Positions 46,901 through 54,040 of a stretch of 64,000 bases of DNA are shown piece by piece (within the stretch, counting starts at the first letter, position 1; the number at the start of each line of letters is the position of its first letter). Source of the stretch: Anaerohalosphaeraceae bacterium (GTDB lineage: Bacteria > Planctomycetota > Phycisphaerae > Sedimentisphaerales > Anaerohalosphaeraceae); contig JBNRMN010000082.1 in the NCBI GenBank assembly GCA_050309605.1, forward strand, positions 1 through 64,000. Reading direction: 5' to 3'. The position numbers and the translations under genes were made by a program. The notes under the pieces are model-generated. The model made no database searches and was not told where the DNA came from. It saw nothing but the letters and a program-made list of their open reading frames with translations.

Positions 46901-48328
46901 ACGGGGATTGCCGACTATGACTATTCGGGCGGTACGCTGTCGGACGGCGTGCATTTCAGCCATGTCCCGTGGGGCGAGTGGTATCAGGATTACTGGTGGA
47001 ATACCCTGTCCAAGCCGCGCGGCCTGACTGCTTCCTACCGTATTGAAGAAACCGAAGGCCAGATTTGCCGGGACGAATTCGGCGCTGCGCACGCCTTGCT
47101 CCGCGGTCGTCCGCGCAGACTGAACGATTTGACTTTGCAAAGTGTCTATCTGCGGTTCAATGGGATCAATCAGTATATGGTGCTTGACCGCGGCGTGTGC
47201 GACGTTCTCGAAGGCGGTTTCAGCCTGCGAATCAAGCCCGATTTTCAAACCCCTCAGCCGTTGGTGTTCATCGGTTCATCCGGCTCGGCCTCGATGCGGC
47301 TTGTTCTTAATGGCGACAGCAAAGCGGAATTTACCATCACCAACGGTTCGAATACGACGGTGTTGACGTCGCTGTCTGATATTCCGGCCGGCCAGTGGAC
47401 GCTGCTGACGGTCGTGCTCAGCGGTACGCAGGGTGTTTTGTATGTCAACGGCATTCCCGAAGCGCAGTCGCCGACGTCGCTGGTTCCAGAGCAGGTGTTC
47501 CGATCCAACAGCTATGAACAGCCGGCGGCGTGTTATATTGGTCGCGATGAAACAGGCGCTCTGTTCCGCGGCGGCATTGATGACGTGCGGTTTTACAACG
47601 TGGCAATGACGTTTGCTGAAGTACAAAACGAAGCCCGACGTATCGGCTCTCGGCTGGCGGCACGGTTTTATGACGACGAAACGGACTTTGACGGCCAATC
47701 AACCCGCATCGAATCCGGTGTGCGCAACGGATTGAAACGTCGGCTCACGGCTGATATTTTTCCGCGCACGTCGGGGAGTGTGTCGTTTTATGAGGGGATA
47801 TTTGACTCCAACGACGAACGCTCAAGCCAGCGGCCCGGCAGCGGCGTCGGTTTGAACAGCGGGACGTTCCGCGTGCGTCTGGACGGCCTGGGGATGTGGA
47901 ACACCTATGTTCCGGTCACGCTGAATCAATGGCAGACCATCACCCTTGAATTTGACGGATCCTGGGCGCGATTTTATGTCAATGGGTCGCTGCGTGCGTC
48001 CCGAAGTTATTCGGCCAATCCCAATGCGCTGGCCGCCAAGAATTATCGCATCGGGTTTGCGATGGACGACAGCGGTAATACGTACCATTTTGACGGCAAA
48101 ATCCGTAACCTTCAAATAATTGACCTGGCCGATTCCGTACCCGTTCAGCCGCCGCAGCCGGATATTAACGGCGACGGGGCCGTGGATATTTGGGATTTTC
48201 TGGAACTGGCGGCGCACTGGCTTTGTGCCGATTGCAGCACGGCCAATCACTGGTGCGTAATGACCGATTTGAATAGAAACGGCACAGTGGATTTGGAAGA
48301 TTTCAACATGCTCTGCACCCGTTGGTAA
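43970..48328 (+). CDS. Large secreted protein: DUF1349-like, CBM-like, HExxH metallopeptidase-like (DUF6055-like), hexapeptide LbH repeats, two LamG domains, dockerin-like tail
   Basis: Signal peptide; HEFGH..WESHAN; VASTAYVGPNARVLGSARV..VRDNARI repeats; FRGGIDDVRFYN; DINGDGAVD..DLNRNGTVD. Confidence 0.75.
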   Translation: MSGVKRFVLIMIGTALCGVPQAQTFEDSFDAPRNYLTEGVGDTIWDGFLGLAAGETVNQLNASNSRPGELVLSSAGGFYHEPWEPLGPFLYKVVSGDFVARVKVSAYQNIMHNNCGLMARALRDPDLAGPGEDWVSMDYFPIYNCGNFVRNADNNSRTELCHNGLAWNADTWLQLEKQGATFHFRHSPDGVNWTELACSPVTRSDLADIPLQVGLFQCTYSSNLGYAAFDHFALTVTEPQEQEPPSWTEPPITLDPGTRLVDNSSAVKGLPAFLAGQWDNPGQMDGWTTSGLMNISVVDGTLTAAASTDAPCLQLASIAGGPDLDFGYFDYLQFRLRLPIGLQDDMVIYYGTSAAPGIHTGSTRNLLIPAESIPQDGQWHTYRLDLGLAVRWRDRLTDLRIYPLGKSANGLTFSIDYLEVGDLPGDVLLINTDLNIHDGESFSDLEYMESKHAVFWWSPQSYQRHSSFDPEVMCRRTLRMIEESYQVFCKKLNYLEPFESFDAWRRDGNRYKINHITWYDGFWCGGWNGFMHIGVNGWGLQDEGWGNPVPHEFGHYIQGHQPGFLTGGHWESHANFLRNARNIHYAEILGNISGMIDDRIFDATNFRQDHGSLIYHDFRIHHALQDFGADAGTPNAVADVWIAGPKEQTIYTKLASLLPSGTSVGDVVAAGLRHWPFLDFSVGDTLKSIFWNGGDKEAMFKYRIGSHLIPLHDKPGWYRVPFERAPERFAYMVHPLTPTADAVTVELRGFDLVGTTEDWRWSLVAADDNWNTPRYSEVFAPGVQTFQLNSDETRLFLIVVAAPTDTRLNLEWTDNALPVDKHPDRLRYAYEVGLDGATAAVAERQYSTPLPAGRIHTNGGGFVAHTATVASTAYVGPNARVLGSARVLNAARVEDYAVVTESATVQNNAVVSGHALVRGSANVRDNARIRDRADIHNATVRDNAKVQGYANVSGNAMVRDYAIVRGCSTISGGTLSGTGIADYDYSGGTLSDGVHFSHVPWGEWYQDYWWNTLSKPRGLTASYRIEETEGQICRDEFGAAHALLRGRPRRLNDLTLQSVYLRFNGINQYMVLDRGVCDVLEGGFSLRIKPDFQTPQPLVFIGSSGSASMRLVLNGDSKAEFTITNGSNTTVLTSLSDIPAGQWTLLTVVLSGTQGVLYVNGIPEAQSPTSLVPEQVFRSNSYEQPAACYIGRDETGALFRGGIDDVRFYNVAMTFAEVQNEARRIGSRLAARFYDDETDFDGQSTRIESGVRNGLKRRLTADIFPRTSGSVSFYEGIFDSNDERSSQRPGSGVGLNSGTFRVRLDGLGMWNTYVPVTLNQWQTITLEFDGSWARFYVNGSLRASRSYSANPNALAAKNYRIGFAMDDSGNTYHFDGKIRNLQIIDLADSVPVQPPQPDINGDGAVDIWDFLELAAHWLCADCSTANHWCVMTDLNRNGTVDLEDFNMLCTRW

Positions 48329-48352
48329 CCAAGAAAGACGCTTTCAGACGGC

Positions 48353-50041
48353 CTATAAATAATAGGCCTTCAGCACATATTGCTGCATCATTCGCTGCGT
48401 GTTGAAAAATGAGCCGTTCAATGCGATGGCGTGCTGCATAATCGAACAGAATTTCGACGGTTCGTTATAGTACAAACCAATCACGTGTTCGAGCTTGCGG
48501 TATAAATCCTCGGCGTCTTTGGAAGGATCCACCTGGTCGTGGCCGTGCCGATGGTTTTGACCGATGGCCCAGCCGGTGGCATCTTCGATGCAGCCTTCGA
48601 TCCACCAGCCGTCCAACACACTCAGCGACGGCACGCCGTTCATCGCCGCCTTCATCCCGCTGGTACCCGACGCTTCCATCGGCGGCTGCGGGGTGTTGAG
48701 CCACACATCCACACCGGAAACGATTTGGCGCGCAATAGTCATCTCGTAGTTTGGAAGATAGGCGATTTTGATAGAGTTTCTCAGCTCACGCGAAGCGGCA
48801 AAAATCCGCTTAATCAGCGCCTTGCCTTCATGATCCTGCGGATGGGCCTTGCCGGAATACACAAGCTGAACCGAACCGACATCCTCAACCAGGCGTCGAA
48901 GCCGGTCGGGGTTGCCAAACAGCAGGTCTGCGCGTTTGTACGTCGTCGAGCGTCGCGCAAATCCAAGCGTCAGCACATCCATATCAAAACCCAGATTCGT
49001 CTGGCGATTAACCTCATTGATCAGCTCGCGTTTGGCCGCGGCGTGGGCCGCAGTAATTTCCTGACACGGAATGCTCAGGGCATATCGCAGACTGAAATTA
49101 TCCTCACGCCAGCCGGGAATATGTCGGTCATACAGCGTCTGCATCGATTCGCAGACCCAGCGATTATGAATTCCATTGGTTATCGCATCAATTTTGTAGC
49201 CTTCGAACATTTGTCGCGAAACCTGGCCGTGTTTTTTGGCCACGCCGTTGACATAATGGCTTAGGTTCAATGCCAGGTAGGTCATGTTCATTGTGCCGTT
49301 GCAGCAAAAGACCCCCTCCATGGCAAAGGCCTCATGCGGGCCAAGGACGCGACCGGCCAGCTCCATATCGAACTGGTCATGGCCGGCGGCCACCGGGGTA
49401 TGGGTGGTAAATACACATTGCTCCCGAACCGCCGCAAGGTCCTCGGCGGTAATGGTTTTGTCGTCTTTTGCGCGAATCCGTTCATCCAGCAGCTCAAGCG
49501 TCAGCAAACTGGCATGTCCTTCGTTCATATGGAATCGTTTGATGGCGTCATATCCCAAGGCCCGGAGCATCCGGACCCCGCCAATCCCCAGGACAACTTC
49601 CTGACAAAGCCGATAGCGTTTATCCAGCCCGTATAAGTAATGGGTTAGCTTGCGGTCTTCTTCGGCGTTGTCCCCAAGGTCGGTATCCAGAAAAAACACC
49701 GGCACGACAAACCCGCCGGTCCCCTTGACCTCAAACTTCCAGGCGCGCATCTGAACCGTCCGTCCTTCAATGGAGACAGTGACCCGTTGAGGCATTTCCT
49801 GCGTAAAGTCATCCGGATTCCAGACAACCGGCTCTTCGATTTGCGTTCCGTCCTCGGTCAGCCGCTGGTAAAAATACCCTTTGCGATGCAGCAGCGAGAC
49901 TGCCACCATCGGCACGCGAAGATCCGCCGCCGAGAGAATGGTATCCCCAGCTAAGATACCCAATCCTCCGCTGTAGGTCGGCATCGCGGCCTCTAACCCA
50001 ATCTCCATCGAAAAATAGGCGATTTTGCGTTCTTCGTTCAC
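48353..50041 (-). CDS. glgP: Alpha-glucan phosphorylase (short form)
   Basis: [52 protein letters not shown] motif. Confidence 0.92.
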   Translation of the reverse strand: MNEERKIAYFSMEIGLEAAMPTYSGGLGILAGDTILSAADLRVPMVAVSLLHRKGYFYQRLTEDGTQIEEPVVWNPDDFTQEMPQRVTVSIEGRTVQMRAWKFEVKGTGGFVVPVFFLDTDLGDNAEEDRKLTHYLYGLDKRYRLCQEVVLGIGGVRMLRALGYDAIKRFHMNEGHASLLTLELLDERIRAKDDKTITAEDLAAVREQCVFTTHTPVAAGHDQFDMELAGRVLGPHEAFAMEGVFCCNGTMNMTYLALNLSHYVNGVAKKHGQVSRQMFEGYKIDAITNGIHNRWVCESMQTLYDRHIPGWREDNFSLRYALSIPCQEITAAHAAAKRELINEVNRQTNLGFDMDVLTLGFARRSTTYKRADLLFGNPDRLRRLVEDVGSVQLVYSGKAHPQDHEGKALIKRIFAASRELRNSIKIAYLPNYEMTIARQIVSGVDVWLNTPQPPMEASGTSGMKAAMNGVPSLSVLDGWWIEGCIEDATGWAIGQNHRHGHDQVDPSKDAEDLYRKLEHVIGLYYNEPSKFCSIMQHAIALNGSFFNTQRMMQQYVLKAYYL

Positions 50042-50100
50042 TCTGCAATCTCCTCAACCATATTCTGCGGCCATGGCATCCAAAGTCCATGACGGCTTCA

Positions 50101-50109
50101 ATTATAGCA
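50101..50109 (-). promoter_or_regulatory. Extended -10 promoter for glgP
   Basis: TGCTATAAT on the minus strand, 60 bp upstream of the start. Confidence 0.5.
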
Positions 50110-50291
50110 GGCGGCCGAACGTGAAAAAGAAAAAAACGAAAAGAGGTCGTTTACCCATCCGGTTGTGACTCGAACAGAGTAAAAAAATTCGAACAGCGTC
50201 CGAAAAAATGCACGACAACTCTATACAGATGAGTATTTTAACGTTTTTTTATGTTTTTGGTGTTGGTTTTCAACCCGTGGCCGGCATTATT

Positions 50292-50300
50292 TGTTATACT
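50292..50300 (+). promoter_or_regulatory. Extended -10 promoter for the small coiled-coil gene
   Basis: TGTTATACT. Confidence 0.45.
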
Positions 50301-50457
50301 GCGTTCAATGACTTTGGGGGACAGAAAGCCGTAGTGGTGATGAAAGCCGAATGCCCTCGGGGGGGCATCTGGCACGCAAGGCAATCTTATGGAACCGGAT
50401 GGCAAATCCGTATCGTGATTGGCTTCGGAGAATGACTAACTTGTTTTGGGGGTGACT

Positions 50458-50736
50458 ATGGACGAAGCAAAATTTGAGAAAAAACTGGAAGAGATTATGC
50501 AGCACAACGGATCGGTTCCGCCGCCGCAACAGGAAAAATTAATCAACTTGGCGCGTAAGAGCAGGCAGCATCATGACCGTCTTCAACAAAAGCTCAATAC
50601 GCTCCAGCAGTCGCTGGATTATCTGCGACTGAGCATTAAGTACCTGATTTTTGATCTGGAGGCGACCCGGCGTGAAAACGCCGACCTTCGCAAACGGCTG
50701 CACGGCGGCCAACCGGGGCCGGACAGCGAGTTCTGA
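50458..50736 (+). CDS. Small coiled-coil protein of a type I recall as conserved in Planctomycetes; function unknown
   Basis: LQQSLDYLRLSIKYLIFDLEATRRENADLRKRL heptad pattern; GGGGGTGA RBS; own terminator. Confidence 0.75.
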   Translation: MDEAKFEKKLEEIMQHNGSVPPPQQEKLINLARKSRQHHDRLQQKLNTLQQSLDYLRLSIKYLIFDLEATRRENADLRKRLHGGQPGPDSEF

Positions 50737-50788
50737 TCGGGTCCGTTCGACGTGCCAACGTCGGCTGACTGTGCAAGCGGTCATCAAT

Positions 50789-50821
50789 ACGCGATACCTA
50801 AGGGTGTCGCGTTTTTTTTTT
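50789..50821 (+). terminator. Intrinsic terminator
   Basis: ACGCGATACC-TAAG-GGTGTCGCGT followed by a T run. Confidence 0.85.
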
Positions 50822-50880
50822 GTCTCTATGCGGCAACAAACTTGCGGCGGCGTTTTCTGTGCAATTTGCATCAGATTCAT

Positions 50881-50906
50881 CACAACACCTTGCGTTTTCG
50901 AGCGTC
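50881..50906 (+). promoter_or_regulatory. Candidate ECF-type (autoregulatory) promoter
   Basis: CACAAC-N16-CGTC, matching the AAC/CGT ECF consensus, 30 bp upstream of an ECF gene. Confidence 0.35.
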
Positions 50907-50935
50907 AGAGTTTATGATGAAAACGTGTAATTTTC

Positions 50936-51559
50936 ATGTGCGACAAGAAAGGGTGTTCCGGCGGTTTGACATTTTCGCAGACGGACAATTCAGACTGTCT
51001 GGTCGAGGCGGCTCGCGAAGACAGAACCGTGTTTGCCCAGTTATTTCGTCGGCATTACGACGAGATATTCCGCTATTGTGCGCGCCGTCTGCCGTGCCGC
51101 CAAACCGCCGAAGATGTCACCTCAACGGTCTTTTTGAAAATGATTGATTGTTTTTGTACATTTCGGGGGGATGATGACGCCTTTCGGGTGTGGTTGTACC
51201 GCATTGCGGGCAATGAGGTCAATAGTTATTTCCGCAAGGCCGGTCGGCACGCACGGCTGTTGGACGGGCTTCGCAACCTCCCCTCGCCGACGCCCGAATC
51301 GGATCCGGGCCGGGAGGATGACAATCACATCCAGATTGCGCGGCTGCATCGGGCCATGGCTCAGCTCAAACCCGCATATCGAGAGATTGTTGCATTGCGG
51401 TATTTGCAGGGGTTCAACAGCGAAGAAATCGGAAAAATCACCGGCCTTAAATCCGTTACCGTTCGCAGTAAACTGGCGCGGGCGCTGCGCCTGCTTAAGA
51501 AAGAATTTCGCCGTGACAGAATGATGTGCGGCTCGGATGAACCTTATGACACAATTTGA
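50936..51559 (+). CDS. ECF sigma-70 factor
   Basis: FAQLFRRHYDEIFRY..AEDVTSTVFLK..FRVWLYRIAGN; YREIVALRYLQG..EEIG..TVRSKLARAL. Confidence 0.92.
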   Translation: MCDKKGCSGGLTFSQTDNSDCLVEAAREDRTVFAQLFRRHYDEIFRYCARRLPCRQTAEDVTSTVFLKMIDCFCTFRGDDDAFRVWLYRIAGNEVNSYFRKAGRHARLLDGLRNLPSPTPESDPGREDDNHIQIARLHRAMAQLKPAYREIVALRYLQGFNSEEIGKITGLKSVTVRSKLARALRLLKKEFRRDRMMCGSDEPYDTI

Positions 51560-52148
51560 CCGCGAATTTGAGAAGTTTGTCGATTCGCTCCGGTTCGACG
51601 ATACGCCGAGCGAGACGCATCGTCGGCAGCTTGAAAAAAAGCTGATGGAGGTCTGGGATCGCCGTTTTCAAGACGAGCCTGAGACAGCGCCGTCCGGTCT
51701 TTTTTATCTCAAGCGGATTGCTCTGGCGGCCGGTTTCGTCCTGGCGGCGGCGGTGCTGTTTGTATGGTTTGATGAATCGGGACAGGCCCCTCATACCCAG
51801 CTGGCGCACCGCCCGGATCCGCAAATAATCGAACAGATCCTCAATCGACAGTCCGCTTCGCCAACTGAACGTGAGCAACTGCTTGCGGAGATTCAGGAGG
51901 TGTGGAAGCTGATTGTTGATGAGGATGTGCAGGCGCTGACGACCGTGGTGCTGGATAGTCACAGAGCCGAGAGTATCCGACTCTGGGCGGGACACACCGT
52001 TGCCGAACTGGGCAGCGAGCAAACACTTGCAATCCTTGAACAATATATCGAAGTCAATACGCTGAGGAATCCTGATGACCCGGTCGTGCAGACGGCCTCA
52101 CAGTTGCGCCGGCGGCTGGCGGAAAAGCACGGCATCCCGTCCGATTAA
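51537..52148 (+). CDS. Putative single-TM anti-sigma factor with a helical extracytoplasmic domain
   Basis: Overlaps the ECF gene; N-terminal HRRQLEKKL helix, TM IALAAGFVLAAAVLFVWF, HEAT-like WAGHTVAELGSEQTLAIL. Confidence 0.7.
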   Translation: MNLMTQFDREFEKFVDSLRFDDTPSETHRRQLEKKLMEVWDRRFQDEPETAPSGLFYLKRIALAAGFVLAAAVLFVWFDESGQAPHTQLAHRPDPQIIEQILNRQSASPTEREQLLAEIQEVWKLIVDEDVQALTTVVLDSHRAESIRLWAGHTVAELGSEQTLAILEQYIEVNTLRNPDDPVVQTASQLRRRLAEKHGIPSD

Positions 52149-52578
52149 CTATACACACTATTCAAGCCAATAGTCATCCTGTTTTGGGCAAAACGGCATT
52201 CAGATTGGGCACTTTCACAAAATCTTGCGAATTAAATTGCGCATTATAAATTTGCAGTTATCATATACAAATTTATCTCTATAATGTCGCCTCTTCCTCT
52301 TAGTGTCATTTTGCATCGGATTTTGCACTAATTTCGCATTGCGGCAGGCTATAGCCGGAATAAGGGGGGGCTTGTGTGTATGATTTGTGCCCTGATATAT
52401 TGAAACCCCGCCTTCTGATGGACGTCCTGCCGGAATATTTTCGAAAACAAATAAGATTATAGGGCGTTGTCTTATTGGGTCAATGTCTTCAACGCTTTGC
52501 TCCTGTGAGGAATGTTATTTATGTTTTATGAGGCGTAAGCAACAGAGCCGCAAATGGGGTTGTTTGAGGCATTGAATA

Positions 52579-53877
52579 ATGATGACCGATACATTATCGA
52601 AAGATCTGGCAGGCATCGTGGTGTTGATAGTGGCCGTCGTGCTGTTTCCGGGCCAAGCCACGGCCCAAACGGTGTCGGAAACCGACTACGGGACGTGGGG
52701 AATCTCTGTTTCGGAGTTGGACATACCGGCCGGCAGTGTGATTACCGATGCCACATTAACGATTGGCGGTGTGTCCTCTGTGTCGGCTGATTTTGACGTG
52801 TACCTGCTGGATAACCCCAGGCCCGGCTATCACCAAAAATCGAAAAACGGCTTCGGGAGCGTTTTTGCCGGATTCGGACATCGCTTAAGCGGGGCGGTTC
52901 AAGACGGCAATTTCATTTGTCGTTTGGGGGATGCGGAAAACAACGACAGCCGCTCGTTTGTCTGGAATTCATTGACAGAACCCTTTGAGTTTACATTGGC
53001 CGATGGGCGAATTGTTTCTTATACCTCTTCGCTGCTTGAACTGCTGGATTATGCCGGCACGGGCGTGTCCTTTGGTTTCGGCATTGAATCGACGACCAAC
53101 ACACCGATAGAATTTTCATCTCTCAAACTCAAACTGACCGTTTCATCTTTCCAATCGCCCGCGGCGGACCAGATCCTGGAATTTAACTATACTCCACAAT
53201 CAACACATCCGGACCCCATTACGGCGCTTCGGTTTGACGGTGTGGATGATACCGTTGTGTGGCCTTGGGACGGCTCCTCGCCGTTGAACGGCTTTACAAC
53301 GTCGCTTTGGGTCAAGGCGGAATCCCCCACGGTTTTGCCGAGAGAAAACAACACCAGCACCAATGATGGCTGGGATACGAGGATACAGCATGTTCTGTTC
53401 CCGCTGAATTCAGAGGTGGGATTTGCGGTCGGCACCAACGGTATTGTGGTCTATGAAAGAGAATACGCTTACTTCCCTGCACTGGCGGTGTACGCCGGCG
53501 ACGTGGGAACGGGCTGGAATCATATTGCGGTCACCTATCAGGATAAACAGCCGCGAATCTACCTGAATGGTGAGTTGGTTCATATCGGTCTTAGATCGAA
53601 ACGTACGGAAGATTTCAGACCCGCTCGCTATGTAGGCGGCCACGAAAGCCCCAATGTGGGCAACTTCAAGGGATGTATTGCCGATATTCAGGTGTGGCGC
53701 CGGGCCTTGTCGCCTGCGGAAGCAGCGGCCTGTGCGAATGGAACACTGGAGGCCACTGGATTGGCCGGCCACTGGAAACTCAATGAAGGCGAAGGCTCCA
53801 GGGCATTTGACAGTTCCGGTAACGGGCGAAACGGCACCATTTACGGAGCCTCCTGGATACTTGAAACGACCAAGTAA
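52579..53877 (+). CDS. Secreted protein: unknown N-terminal domain plus LamG-like jellyroll
   Basis: Signal peptide (ATA-Q); ALRFDGVDD, WNHIAVTY..IYLNG, FKGCIADIQVWRRALS, HWKLNEGEG..DSSGNG. Confidence 0.8.
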   Translation: MMTDTLSKDLAGIVVLIVAVVLFPGQATAQTVSETDYGTWGISVSELDIPAGSVITDATLTIGGVSSVSADFDVYLLDNPRPGYHQKSKNGFGSVFAGFGHRLSGAVQDGNFICRLGDAENNDSRSFVWNSLTEPFEFTLADGRIVSYTSSLLELLDYAGTGVSFGFGIESTTNTPIEFSSLKLKLTVSSFQSPAADQILEFNYTPQSTHPDPITALRFDGVDDTVVWPWDGSSPLNGFTTSLWVKAESPTVLPRENNTSTNDGWDTRIQHVLFPLNSEVGFAVGTNGIVVYEREYAYFPALAVYAGDVGTGWNHIAVTYQDKQPRIYLNGELVHIGLRSKRTEDFRPARYVGGHESPNVGNFKGCIADIQVWRRALSPAEAAACANGTLEATGLAGHWKLNEGEGSRAFDSSGNGRNGTIYGASWILETTK

Positions 53878-54040
53878 AAGTAGATGTACCCGGCGTCATT
53901 AAAATGAATGATGGATTTAACCCAATTGCGCTTAGAGGTAAAATTCAGCAATTATATCTTGAAACCAGATCCCTTTGTCGGTATTCTTTTGCATTACGTG
54001 AAAAAGTTAAGTTCGATACGGTAAAGGGATATTCAGAGGC

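Noticed and set aside
29816..48328. tRNA-anchored genomic island or prophage
   Set aside because: No integrase, no duplicated tRNA 3' end seen, and the accessory genes lie on the 5' side of the tRNAs.
50385..50430. Cobalamin or c-di-GMP-I riboswitch (GGAACCGGATGGCAAATCCG)
   Set aside because: Superficial resemblance only; lacks the GCCACTG/B12 box and the GAAA..CGCAAAGC elements.
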